In this document: positions 20,324 to 30,445 of the stretch, piece by piece
Position numbering within the stretch: the first letter of the stretch is position 1
Layout: each line of letters begins with the position of its first letter
Assembly: GCA_050633245.1 (NCBI GenBank)
Contig: JBOEGD010000011.1
Location: 64,001-128,000, forward strand
DNA from: Calditrichia bacterium
GTDB taxonomy: Bacteria; Calditrichota; Calditrichia; RBG-13-44-9; J075
Reading direction: 5' to 3'
DNA length: 64,000 nt
The notes under the pieces: model-generated
What the model was told of the DNA's origin: nothing
The model's database searches: none
What the model saw: only the letters and a program-made list of their open reading frames with translations
Translations under genes and position numbers: made by a program

Positions 20324-20499
20324 TCAATTTATAAAAAGGAGCGCCAGTTTTGTCAGACCAAATACTATGAATCCGATGGCAAGATAAATCCATTTTTTCC
20401 CGCTAAAGGGTTTATTGCCAGCTTTTTGTTTTGATAAAGCAAAAAAACGCCACCCAATAGTGGAATTAAAGCATCAATAGCTATACCATAGTTTATCAT
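20324..20499 (-). pseudogene. Small two-TM membrane protein paralog B (58 aa), needs a -1 shift at AAC AAA AAG
   Basis: GGGGA SD; restored MINYGIAIDALIPLLGGVFLLYQNKKAGNKPFSGKKWIYLAIGFIVFGLTKLALLFIN; 176 nt, one short of 59 codons. Confidence 0.7.
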
Positions 20500-20581
20500 A
20501 CTTTCCCCTGATGCCTACTCTGATCTTTAGCACATTAAAAGCGTTAATGAAATGGTTAAAAGCTGGCAACGAAGCTATGCC

Positions 20582-21307
20582 TCAATACACCAGTGTCAAT
20601 TGGAAGGAGTTTATTGTAAAACCGTCAACTTCAATCCGCGGATCATCAAAATTGCCAACGAGAGGATCAAAATCATCCTGATTGTATGTCCAGTAATAGG
20701 AGTAGCCCAAATAGAGTCCCGGGCTTAGCTGGATGTCCAGCCCAAGCGACCATAAATTGAATTCATCTGCCGGGAAGCTGTTGGACTCAACAAAGGAACC
20801 ATTTGACTTGGTTTTTGCATGTCGCGACCGACCCTCTTCAACAATAAAAACGCCTCCGGTTGCTAAAAGCCGTCTGGTTATTAATGCCTGCTTCAGCCGA
20901 AAGCCGCCAACGAAATACCCGATGTCGATATAGGTGTCGACCGAGCCTCCATTGCTTGTGGAACGGAATCCTCCTTCTTCTAAATACTGTCCATTCGACC
21001 ACCCAAGCTCCAACTGCAGTTGAGTTCTTTGTTTCCAAACCTGTAGCCCAAAGCTAAAACCCAATAGCATCTTGCCGCTTAAGCGCGTGGCGTCGTAAGA
21101 ATCCGTTTCCTTGATGTATTTCAGGCGGTTACCAACTCCACTCATGCGGTTATAGATGATGCCAAAGGAGAAGCCCAACGGGCGGTAAAATTTCTTTAGA
21201 ACTTCTGCTCTGGCAGAATCAGAGGAAGCCTCTTCATTAGACTGCGCACAGAGCTCAATTCCGCTGAACAGGGCAGAGATTATGATGAATAGAATGATTG
21301 ATCGCAT
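20582..21307 (-). CDS. Hypothetical secreted protein, probable outer-membrane beta-barrel
   Basis: Signal peptide, alternating amphipathic strands, terminal FQLTLVY aromatic beta-signal. Confidence 0.6.
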   Translation of the reverse strand: MRSIILFIIISALFSGIELCAQSNEEASSDSARAEVLKKFYRPLGFSFGIIYNRMSGVGNRLKYIKETDSYDATRLSGKMLLGFSFGLQVWKQRTQLQLELGWSNGQYLEEGGFRSTSNGGSVDTYIDIGYFVGGFRLKQALITRRLLATGGVFIVEEGRSRHAKTKSNGSFVESNSFPADEFNLWSLGLDIQLSPGLYLGYSYYWTYNQDDFDPLVGNFDDPRIEVDGFTINSFQLTLVY

Positions 21308-21749
21308 GTTGTCCCCCATGTCTTAAACTGAAATAGGATTGCAGAGTATATAGTATGAATAAAATTGAAGAGTATCAAGACTCTAGAAGGGTAGTAAAAG
21401 TGGACTTTTTCCATGTCTCAAATAGTGTTGTGGAATGACAGACGGTGTTTTTTAAACGGTTTTGTCTAAGCAAATCGTTTTTAGCCTCACTTGGTGCTGT
21501 GCGACGCACTCTCCGAGACGTGTTGCCCAAAAGCTTGAACAAATACCACACAAGTGAAAATCCCTTGATACTTTATACAATATCTGTTCTCGTTTAAATA
21601 AGTTAGCATTTTTTGTATATTCCTAACAAGAAAATCATCCCCTGCCCGGATAAGAGCTATTAGTTTTCTCTGCGTGTTATCCGTTATGCCAAGTGCATTG
21701 ATTCTTGGTAAACTTTTGACTTTACCTGATTTCTTGAAACGGAGGTTTT

Positions 21750-23441
21750 ATGAAATGCTATTTTCCGGTTGTTTTAATTGTTGCTCTTTTTGTGTTCCTG
21801 TGCTCATGTAGTGGTGAAAAAACTGGCTCGGAGAAAATACTCGACTCTTTCTCTTCGACATCTGAGATTTTGGTTACGTCAGAAGCTGGTGATAAAATAG
21901 CCATAAAGAAAAATATTGCCTTTAAAAGCGGTAAAGCAGAAGCAACAACGATAAGAGTTTTTCCTAATCAGCTAAAACAAACCATAGACGGAATCGGCAC
22001 CTCATTCACTGAGTCTTCTGCTTTTGTTTTAAGTCATTTGGATAAAGAAAAGAGGCAGGAGGTGATGGATCGAATATATGGTGAAGACGGTGCAAACTTT
22101 TCACTAACCCGTACCCATATTGGTGCGTGTGATTTTTCTGTAGAGGGCAAATACTCTTATCTCGCTAAAAAAGGGGATGTTTCGCTAAACAGTTTTACGC
22201 TTAACCCGGATGTGGAAGGCTTTAAACGATCAGCGTATCCAGGCGTAGTCGACGAAAGCTATGATTTATTGCCGATGATCAAAGAGGCACTTGCGATAAA
22301 AAACGCCCAGGAAGACAAAGAATTGCGAATTATTGGCTCAGCATGGACAGCTCCTGCCTGGATGAAGGATATTGAGGACTGGTATATACCCGGTGGGCCA
22401 CAGAACAACTGGCAGGGCACCGGCGGTAGCCTGAAGGAAGAATATGTCTCAACCTACGCCGACTATCTGATAAGATATATCGACACCTATAAGAAAGAGG
22501 GTGTAGACATTTGGGGACTAACGCCGGTTAATGAACCGCATGGCAATAATGGTCAATGGGAGAGCATGCACTTTACTCCTGAAACCCAGCGCGAGTTTAT
22601 TAAAGAGCATCTTGGGCCGAAGCTGAAGGCCAGTGGGAACGATGACGTGCATCTGTTGATTTATGATCAAAACAGAGACGGTATGGAGGAGTGGACGGAT
22701 ACAATACTTGGTGACCCTGAAACCGCTCAATACGTTTATGGAACTGCGATACACTGGTATGAAAGCACCTTTAAAGTTTTTGAGGAAAATCTGGAGCATG
22801 TGAATACGAAGTTTCCGGATTTTGCAATAATACATACCGAAGGCTGTATCGATGATTTGGGCAAGAAAGCACCCGGTGGTGTAACTGATCCGGAGCGTTT
22901 TCAGGAAAAAGACTGGTTTGATAATGACAGCTTTTGGTGGAACCCCAATGCCACCGACTGGGCATATTCCGTCACTTGGGCCGGCGTTAAGGCAGAAGAT
23001 CATCCGATTTATACGCCGGTTCACCGCTATGCCCGAAACATTATTGTCAGCCTCGATCATTGGATGACCGGCTGGGTCGATTGGAATGTGGTTTTAGATC
23101 AGAATGGCGGCCCCAACCACGTGGGTAATTTTTGCGGTGCCCCAATAATGATTGATACTGAGTCCAGGAAAATATACTATACACCGATATATTACATTTT
23201 AGCACAGCTTAGCAAAACTATCAGACCGGGAGATCGGGCGGTTCAAACCCAAAAAATTCTTGTTGACCTTGATGATGATGCTTTACATGCCTGTGCTACA
23301 ATTAACCAGAGTGATTTGCTTAGTGTTCAGCTGTTAAATACTACAAAGAGCCCGATTTCCTTTCAGCTGCAAATTGCCGAAAAGTTTGCTTCTGTGACCA
23401 TTCCGGCAAATTCTCTGCAAACGATGCGAGTACAGTTATAG
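21750..23441 (+). CDS. GH30 glucosylceramidase-like glycoside hydrolase, lipoprotein
   Basis: Lipobox, Q.IDGIG.SFT, SAWTAPAWMK, TPVNEP acid/base, HTEGC nucleophile, WVDWN..LD..GGPNHVGN. Confidence 0.92.
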   Translation: MKCYFPVVLIVALFVFLCSCSGEKTGSEKILDSFSSTSEILVTSEAGDKIAIKKNIAFKSGKAEATTIRVFPNQLKQTIDGIGTSFTESSAFVLSHLDKEKRQEVMDRIYGEDGANFSLTRTHIGACDFSVEGKYSYLAKKGDVSLNSFTLNPDVEGFKRSAYPGVVDESYDLLPMIKEALAIKNAQEDKELRIIGSAWTAPAWMKDIEDWYIPGGPQNNWQGTGGSLKEEYVSTYADYLIRYIDTYKKEGVDIWGLTPVNEPHGNNGQWESMHFTPETQREFIKEHLGPKLKASGNDDVHLLIYDQNRDGMEEWTDTILGDPETAQYVYGTAIHWYESTFKVFEENLEHVNTKFPDFAIIHTEGCIDDLGKKAPGGVTDPERFQEKDWFDNDSFWWNPNATDWAYSVTWAGVKAEDHPIYTPVHRYARNIIVSLDHWMTGWVDWNVVLDQNGGPNHVGNFCGAPIMIDTESRKIYYTPIYYILAQLSKTIRPGDRAVQTQKILVDLDDDALHACATINQSDLLSVQLLNTTKSPISFQLQIAEKFASVTIPANSLQTMRVQL

Positions 23442-23642
23442 AGCACAACAAGATGTCTAATTTGCATGCGACCACTATTGGTGGTCACAAAAAAATAGCC
23501 TTTCTATCCGCAGCATACACTTGCAGCTACGGTTCCATTTTATTACTATGATTCTGTTGAACCAGAAAAGCCGGGAATCTTAGTGAAAAGAATACGCATA
23601 CAGAATGAATACAAAAACTATAACAAATTAGTGGGCAATATA

Positions 23643-24896
23643 ATGACCGCCATGATTCTCGCTTTTTTGATGCTGTTTCTAAGCTGCCAGAGCGAGAGCG
23701 GCTCTGATAAAAAGGAATCTGGCTCTACTCAGCTACACGACTTTCTAAAGTCTCAAAAGATCGGTAGTGATTTTGAGAAGCCGCCGCTGATTTCCCATCT
23801 TCAGATTGTCGATTTAGATCAGGATGGCTTACTCGACATCGTCGTTTGTGATATTGTCAAAAGCGAAATCTCATGGATTCGCCAATCACCGGCAGGCGTT
23901 TATTCCGAAGAAAGACTTGCCGAACAAATGGCGGCTCCCAGTCATGTTCAGGTCATTGATTTTGATTTTGATGGCGATCTTGATCTGATTGTCTCACTAC
24001 TTGGTATATTGTATCCAAACAATGACAAAATCGGCTCCATTGTGATCCTGGAAAACAGTGGAGATAACAAGTTTGAAAAACACCTGATCGTCGAAAAAAT
24101 AGCGCGTGTTGCTGACGTTCGTGCTGCGGACTTAGATGGTGATGGAGATATGGATCTGGCATCAGTTCAATTTGGTTATCTGGACGGCGATACGAAGTGG
24201 TTCGAGAATAAGGGGAACTGGCAGTTCAAAAGCCATGTGCTTCAGAACTTGTCTGGCGGTATTAATGTAGAAATCATTGACATAGACAGCGATGGCGACC
24301 TTGACCTGATTACATTAGTCAGTCAGGAATGGGAAGAAGTGCATTTGTTTCTGAATGACGGAAAGGGCATGTTTACCAATCGTCGTTTGTATGGATCGAG
24401 CAACGACGATTATGGATCGAGCGGTATTTCCCTGTGTGATTTCGATAAGGACGGTGATGTTGATATTTTGTATACCAATGGAGACTCATTCGACTACATG
24501 CCTCCGCGGCCAAGACCCTGGCAGGGGGTCAATTGGCTTGAAAATACCGGTAAGTTGACTTTTGAATTTCATCGAATTGCCGATTTTGGCGGTGCCTATA
24601 ATGCCCGCCCACTTGATGTTGACAAGGACGGAGATCTTGACCTTTTTGTCGTTAGTTCTTTTAATTCCTGGGACAAGAGCGAATCGCAGAGTTTTATTTG
24701 GCTGGAAAATGATGGGAAAATGTCTTTTACAAAGCACAACATTACCAATAATCCGTCGCATCTATTAGCCCTCGAATTGGGAGATTTTAATAAGGATGGC
24801 AATATCGACTTCGTAACCGGTGGCCTGCATGTATATCCGCCATACGAGAGAATGGCGCGTATAACGCTGTGGCAGAACAATTGGGTATCTGAATAA
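23643..24896 (+). CDS. FG-GAP/VCBS repeat lipoprotein
   Basis: Seven DxDxDGDxD repeats, lipobox FLSC; start 23643 or 23583. Confidence 0.88.
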   Translation: MTAMILAFLMLFLSCQSESGSDKKESGSTQLHDFLKSQKIGSDFEKPPLISHLQIVDLDQDGLLDIVVCDIVKSEISWIRQSPAGVYSEERLAEQMAAPSHVQVIDFDFDGDLDLIVSLLGILYPNNDKIGSIVILENSGDNKFEKHLIVEKIARVADVRAADLDGDGDMDLASVQFGYLDGDTKWFENKGNWQFKSHVLQNLSGGINVEIIDIDSDGDLDLITLVSQEWEEVHLFLNDGKGMFTNRRLYGSSNDDYGSSGISLCDFDKDGDVDILYTNGDSFDYMPPRPRPWQGVNWLENTGKLTFEFHRIADFGGAYNARPLDVDKDGDLDLFVVSSFNSWDKSESQSFIWLENDGKMSFTKHNITNNPSHLLALELGDFNKDGNIDFVTGGLHVYPPYERMARITLWQNNWVSE

Positions 24897-24925
24897 ATAA
24901 TTCAACACTCTCGGGATAAACCGAT

Positions 24926-26725
24926 TTGAAAAATAGTCTCCTCATTGTCAGTGTGGTTGCGCTGCTAAGTACTTCTCAATTGTTACTCCTCAGTTGCAAT
25001 ACCCCTAAGGAACTTCCTCCATTACCGAATTTTCAGAACAGCTCTGGTGCAGTAAACAGCCATGTTGACGCCACTTATGCTGAAGTGCTTAAGAATTCTG
25101 GTGATCAGGCCGTTGTTGGCAAGATGGCCATGGTCTTGCATTCAAATTTTTTTTATAAGGAGGCGCAACTCTGGTATAACGCTGCGCAAAAAAGGGATTC
25201 TACAAAATGGCTGTGGTCATATTATCCCGCCTTAATAGTAGAAGAACTTGGCGATGCCAATTCAACAATTTCGCATCTGAAAAAGGTTGTCAAAGTTAAT
25301 CCTCAGGTTGCAAATGCGTGGTTTAAGCTGGGTAATTTGTATATCAAACAAAATGACTACCAGACTGCCGAAACTGCCTTTAGCATGGCGCGAAATTCAA
25401 AGACGTTTACATACGCAGATGAATTACCGAACAAAGGCGCTTTTCCTCTTTTGGCTTATGCGCAGTTTAGCCTGGGGCGCGTCTATTTATTGCAGAAAAA
25501 ACATGACGACGCCAAAGAAGAACTATTGTCATTAATACAGCGTTATCCGAGATTTGGGGCTGCCTACCGACTTTTGGGACAGTTATACACTTCTCAAGGG
25601 GATATGTTAAGCGGCAAAAACATGATTGAAAGAGCAGGCGATTTTGAAAGTTATATTCCGCCTGCAGATCCAATGTTTAATGCGTTGTTATTAAACTCAA
25701 GAGATTCAGACTTCATTCTAAAACAAATCGACATTGCAATAAACAGTGAAAATTTCCCGTGGGCAGAAATGCTCTGTAAACATATTCTACAATACGACCC
25801 GAATGATATTGATGCCATCGCAAAAAGCATTCTGTTGATGCTCGTTAAAAACGATTCGCACGGACTAGCTGAAAAAGTGAAGAAGTTCTTTGAGTACTAC
25901 AAAACGAATGACGCAAAACTTTATGAAATGGCTGAGTCACTTTATCGCTGGAGACAGAACAAGTTCGCCTCGAATTATTTGCAGCAAGCGCTCGCTGTAA
26001 ACCCGCAGGCTATTGATGCTCATGTGCTGTATTTAAAAATCCTGACGGCATTGAAATCTGATGAACTGGCCGCTAAGCATTGTAAGAAAGCGTTGGCGAT
26101 TGCTCCGGACAATTCTCAATTGCGAACAGAGTATGGTCGAATCATGCTGCTGCAGGGAGATGAGAAGGAGGCAAAACGTCAGTTGGGAATTGCGATAAAA
26201 AATTCCCCGGACAATGAAGTTCCATTTATTGTCCGGGGAATTTTGGCACAGAACAACGGGGACGTTGATGTTGCCTTGAGGAATTATCGGAGAAGTGTAA
26301 AGATAAAACCATCTAATGTAAACGCGACGAAAAGACTCGGAAATTATTTGTTGGAGCTTAGGCGATGGGCGGATGCATTTTCAGTATATGAGGCAGCATT
26401 AAATGCCTCGCCAAATAAAATTGATCTGCTCGAAAGAACCGCCTGGATTCTGGCAACTTGCCCATCAAAACGAATAAGGAATGGTGAAAGAGCTTTGGAA
26501 TTAGCAAAACGCCTTACGCTGATTAGAAAAGAAGGTGTTCATCAGGATATTGAATGTGCAATTACCCTCGCAGCTGCGTATGCCGAAAAGGGCGAGTTTG
26601 ACAGGGCGATCGGGGTATTAAATAACCTGATCCCCCGTGCGAAAGCCACTCGTATGCAACGCTACATCCCGCAAGTCAGGGAAATGATCAAACTGTTCGA
26701 GGCAAATTCAGCGTATCGGATGTAA
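24926..26725 (+). CDS. Tetratricopeptide-repeat lipoprotein
   Basis: Lipobox LLSC, many TPR helix pairs, C-terminal AWILATCP...RNGERALELA...TLAAAYAE.G.FDRA motif. Confidence 0.88.
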   Translation: MKNSLLIVSVVALLSTSQLLLLSCNTPKELPPLPNFQNSSGAVNSHVDATYAEVLKNSGDQAVVGKMAMVLHSNFFYKEAQLWYNAAQKRDSTKWLWSYYPALIVEELGDANSTISHLKKVVKVNPQVANAWFKLGNLYIKQNDYQTAETAFSMARNSKTFTYADELPNKGAFPLLAYAQFSLGRVYLLQKKHDDAKEELLSLIQRYPRFGAAYRLLGQLYTSQGDMLSGKNMIERAGDFESYIPPADPMFNALLLNSRDSDFILKQIDIAINSENFPWAEMLCKHILQYDPNDIDAIAKSILLMLVKNDSHGLAEKVKKFFEYYKTNDAKLYEMAESLYRWRQNKFASNYLQQALAVNPQAIDAHVLYLKILTALKSDELAAKHCKKALAIAPDNSQLRTEYGRIMLLQGDEKEAKRQLGIAIKNSPDNEVPFIVRGILAQNNGDVDVALRNYRRSVKIKPSNVNATKRLGNYLLELRRWADAFSVYEAALNASPNKIDLLERTAWILATCPSKRIRNGERALELAKRLTLIRKEGVHQDIECAITLAAAYAEKGEFDRAIGVLNNLIPRAKATRMQRYIPQVREMIKLFEANSAYRM

Positions 26726-27117
26726 AGTTTTTTTTATGCCGCAACAGTTTACAATACAACTCCCGTATGGCAACAAAAAAGTCCTCATGTTTAAGATCCC
26801 TGGAAGCTCTTGAGATCCGGAAAATTCTAAACAGCTTGATAAAGAAAACTTTCATTTTTACATTTAAGACAACGGGGTCTGAAATGGGCTGTGCTGACAC
26901 TCTCTCATTTTTTGTTGATTTTAATTGTCCATTGTTTTGGCCTCATCGCGACTGATCATTTCGAACTGTGCTCCTCTCACGTCTACGAACCACCTTCTGG
27001 GTGGTACATAATAAATGAGTTTTCAAGATTCGCTACCAATGAATCTCATCGTTTCGGGGAATTAATCTCCGGGTGGATCGTGAATGAAAAATCATAAGAT
27101 TTAAAGTGAGGTGTAAA

Positions 27118-27675
27118 ATGAAACGTTCTTTTGCAGGAGTACTTTTAAGTGTCACTATTATGTTTGCATGCTTTGTTGCTTGTAACAGTGAAGGGCCGCA
27201 ATCTGTGCGTGAGGTGGCGAAAGCGCCGACTACACATGGACAAGCTGGAGTCCAGGATGATGAATCTGCCAAGAATATTTTGAAGGTCGCTCTCGGATCT
27301 CCCGATCACAGCACCCTGGTTGCCGCTGTGCAGGCTGCCCAGCTGGAGAATGTGTTGGTAAATGCCGGTCCATTAACCGTCTTTGCACCCAACAATGCAG
27401 CCTTTGCACAATTGCCGGCAGGGGCTCTGGATGAGCTGCTAAAACCGGAGAACAAGCGGAGATTGGCTAATATTGTTACCTCTCATGCTTCACCTGGGAC
27501 TTTTAAGGGAGAGCATCTGGCTGATGGCTCGAAGATTTATCTGGCCACTGGGCAATATGTAGATGTTGAAGTGAAGGATGGTGACACCTACGTAAACGGT
27601 GCTAAGATTCTGGGCACGGTCGATGCCTCCAATGGTGTGGTTCATGTAGTCGATAAGGTGTTTCTGTTTTATTAA
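27118..27675 (+). CDS. Fasciclin (FAS1) domain lipoprotein
   Basis: Lipobox VAC, HSTLVAAVQAA, GPLTVFAPNNAAF, ASNGVVHVVDKV. Confidence 0.93.
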   Translation: MKRSFAGVLLSVTIMFACFVACNSEGPQSVREVAKAPTTHGQAGVQDDESAKNILKVALGSPDHSTLVAAVQAAQLENVLVNAGPLTVFAPNNAAFAQLPAGALDELLKPENKRRLANIVTSHASPGTFKGEHLADGSKIYLATGQYVDVEVKDGDTYVNGAKILGTVDASNGVVHVVDKVFLFY

Positions 27676-27756
27676 ACCGACCTCCGACGCAGTTCGCTTC
27701 CAAGCTCGGGATGGAAAAATAAAACGTATCGGATTATCACGAAATCAGCAATAATA

Positions 27757-27793
27757 AAAAGCCCTTAGCACTTTATTGGCGCTGAGGGCTTTT
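27757..27793. terminator. Bidirectional intrinsic terminator
   Basis: AAAAGCCCTTAGC...GCTGAGGGCTTTT between convergent genes. Confidence 0.8.
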
Positions 27794-27854
27794 ATTCGCC
27801 CATAGGCTATGGCCAAAGCAAAGTAACAATTGGCTCATTACTAGAATATGAGAA

Positions 27855-28475
27855 TTACCATTCTGATGTAAAGTTGTAACTGGAATCGGGCTTAACTGGA
27901 TATTGCACAAATGTAAAATGTCTTTGTGCTTCGGAAGAGTAGCCAGATCCCCGACAAACCTGGCGTATTGTTTCAAAAGTGGAACCGCTTAATACAATAT
28001 TCTTTGAAGTGCAAACAGTTTTACCGCTTAACGTACCTGCGTCGGAACTGATCCATTTAAACATAAGTGTATCTTGCTGTGTCATGCGATATTGTCCCCA
28101 GGAAATAACGTGATAGGACTCCTTATCATCAGAAAAACGGTTAAGATTTTTTAGAAAATTATTGAGAGCATTCTCATATGAGTTATCCTCGGGATTAAAA
28201 GATCTTCTTGATTCTTTTAGTGAAAAGGCTCCATAGGATGGAAACATCGCTAAACTCCCATTCCGATACAGAATGACGGGACGAACATGCTTTATAAGAG
28301 GTCCTACTCTATCTGATCTTTTTTCGAATTTATGATAATAGAAGCCATTCAGCTTAAGATCGGTTTCTAAGGACGAGTTATTACGCATAAATTCCCGAAA
28401 TGGGCCCTTTCCAAAGAAACAGGATGTCAATTGTGTACACGTAAGTATTAGTAATAGCAAAGAGTAGATTCTCAT
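27855..28475 (-). CDS. Hypothetical lipoprotein
   Basis: MRIYSLLLLILTCTQLTSC lipoprotein-type signal, L.LNGFYY segment. Confidence 0.65.
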   Translation of the reverse strand: MRIYSLLLLILTCTQLTSCFFGKGPFREFMRNNSSLETDLKLNGFYYHKFEKRSDRVGPLIKHVRPVILYRNGSLAMFPSYGAFSLKESRRSFNPEDNSYENALNNFLKNLNRFSDDKESYHVISWGQYRMTQQDTLMFKWISSDAGTLSGKTVCTSKNIVLSGSTFETIRQVCRGSGYSSEAQRHFTFVQYPVKPDSSYNFTSEW

Positions 28476-28518
28476 TTGAAACTCGTCGTATTTTGCAAAG
28501 CAAGTATTAGTATATCCT

Positions 28519-29643
28519 TTACTCATCCCTAAATGTTTCATTCATTTCTGTGCCGGCTCTCGCATCAGTAAAGACGGGTTGTCCCCATGCATGGTATTCT
28601 TCCAGTATGTCAGTCTCCGGATGTTTGCGAATGAGAGTCACCTTGGCACGAACATATGGGATTGCACTGTCGATCTTGAACTGCCCCGTCATGCCATTGA
28701 TTGCATCAAGGATTGCTCCATTCGGTCCAATGAACTCTATTCGGTAACCTTCGCGTCCTTGTTCTACGGAGACACCCAGTGTTTCGAGAGGGGAGGACAA
28801 CTCTTGTTTTGTTCGGGTATCGTCAACTTCGACCCGATAGATATCGCGCCCTCGGCTGCATGTCTTGAGAAAAACTCCGGTACTGGCGTAAAAGTCGCCC
28901 TGCAGCATGGCCTTCGTTATACTGTCTGCATCAAGTGCTGTGGCTTGCACCATAACCCATCCGCGACCTGGGTTTGCATTCTTCGGTGAAATGGCACTAT
29001 AATGATGTGCATCGTCCGCGGCTACGGCAAAGATCTTCATTCCTTCAGTGAGTAGATGATCCCAAATAGCCTCAGTTGATGGATGTGAGGCATCACCACT
29101 ATTGTTAACATAGGGGTGCCCGTTGAATAATTCGAACATGTAGAGACGATCTACCCCAAGAATATCATCAGCTGATACAGCATATTTGTAATTGGGATGG
29201 TTTAGGATCGCAGCTCCCCCCACCTTTATGGCTTCATCTACATGGAACTGAATGATCTTTGATTTATCGTGATGATCAAACTCCCATAATGCAGCATAGT
29301 CGATATTCATTGCAGTTGTATGAACCGTCTTGCTTCCGGTAATTTCTTCTCCCGGGATCAACAGAAAGTTCTTGCGCGCGTCGGCGGGCATTGTGATCTG
29401 TTTGGGATCAACGAACTTGTTGTGATCCGTAATAATCAGGAAGTTGTAGTTGCGATCGTGATACCACTTTACGACCACTTCCGGCGCTGCATCTCCGTCG
29501 CTTTCTAAGGTATGAGTGTGCGTATTGCCTCGAAACCAGTGCTTTGTATTAGCCGTTTTTGTAGAGACACACCCAGAAGTAAGAAGTGCCGCAAACAAAA
29601 TGGAAATTGCCAACAAATAACGCATCAAAAGGTTTCCTTTCAT
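28519..29643 (-). CDS. PHP-domain metallohydrolase (CehA/McbA-like), lipoprotein
   Basis: WFRGNTHTHT..SDG, ITDHN, IPGEE, LNHP, DDAH; GGAGG SD before 29643. Confidence 0.88.
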   Translation of the reverse strand: MKGNLLMRYLLAISILFAALLTSGCVSTKTANTKHWFRGNTHTHTLESDGDAAPEVVVKWYHDRNYNFLIITDHNKFVDPKQITMPADARKNFLLIPGEEITGSKTVHTTAMNIDYAALWEFDHHDKSKIIQFHVDEAIKVGGAAILNHPNYKYAVSADDILGVDRLYMFELFNGHPYVNNSGDASHPSTEAIWDHLLTEGMKIFAVAADDAHHYSAISPKNANPGRGWVMVQATALDADSITKAMLQGDFYASTGVFLKTCSRGRDIYRVEVDDTRTKQELSSPLETLGVSVEQGREGYRIEFIGPNGAILDAINGMTGQFKIDSAIPYVRAKVTLIRKHPETDILEEYHAWGQPVFTDARAGTEMNETFRDE

Positions 29644-29847
29644 GGTTTTTCCTCCTGCACACAATGGCTGTCTTAAACGGCGCAGCGACACTAATGATCT
29701 GCTTCAAGCACTGATTCTGTTAAAAATGATGGTTTGAAAAGCACCGGAGTGCTTTAAAATTATTGTGGAAAGTGCTATTAAAGTTACATAAACCCCAGTG
29801 GAATGACACAACGGTTTCATTCAAATCTAATTGTCCACTCGACCAGT

Positions 29848-30375
29848 TTATTCCTGTTCTGTTTCAAACGTCAGAGCATCCATTTTGAGAAAATCCTTCT
29901 CAGTAACGGGCTGACCATTAATCTGATCAGCATCCCAATCCTGAACAATTTTCCATTCGTCTTCAAACTTTTTCAACACCACATGAAAACGGCCATAAAA
30001 TTCTTCTTCCTTGCCGTTTCGAATACGCAGTATTTTGTAATATCCAACCTCATAAGCGATATTCTCCCGAACCAAACGCTGTTCGAATCGCAGTTCAATG
30101 GATCGTTGGTCCCCTCTGGTCTTTGCTTCATCATACCGCATGGAATTTGAGTCTTTGTATTCCTGGCCAATACGAATGCCCCATGCGTTGGCACGAAGGA
30201 TGTCATCTGAGTGCAACGCGTTGAAGCCATCGGCGTCAAATTGATTGTATGCTTCCATAAAAGGCTTCCAGATCTGCAGGTTTATCTCCTCAACATCTGC
30301 CTCAGTCTGGGCAAAAATGCTACTTGAGTACAGCACTAAAAGGATCAGCAAGCCAATTGATTTTCCCTTGATCAT
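29848..30375 (-). CDS. Secreted NTF2-like (DUF4440/YybH-like) protein
   Basis: Signal peptide, IWKPF.EAY, AYEVGYY, YGRFHVVLKK...WKIVQDWD. Confidence 0.85.
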   Translation of the reverse strand: MIKGKSIGLLILLVLYSSSIFAQTEADVEEINLQIWKPFMEAYNQFDADGFNALHSDDILRANAWGIRIGQEYKDSNSMRYDEAKTRGDQRSIELRFEQRLVRENIAYEVGYYKILRIRNGKEEEFYGRFHVVLKKFEDEWKIVQDWDADQINGQPVTEKDFLKMDALTFETEQE

Positions 30376-30445
30376 GGAGTCTCCTCTCAAAGTAAAAAGA
30401 AGCAAATGCAAGCCAGAAAGTGTGTTTGTTTTGCATTTGCATTAA

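Noticed and set aside
26773-26788. 16-bp exact inverted match (ACAAAAAAGTCCTCAT) to hairpin T2 at 36188-36203
   Set aside because: About one 16-mer match is expected by chance in 64 kb, it is A-rich, and it has no partner arm.
26939-26991. Possible decayed fourth att-like junction (TGTGCTCC...TCTACGAAC)
   Set aside because: Needs several gaps to align with arm P and has no hairpin arm; cannot be supported without a profile search.
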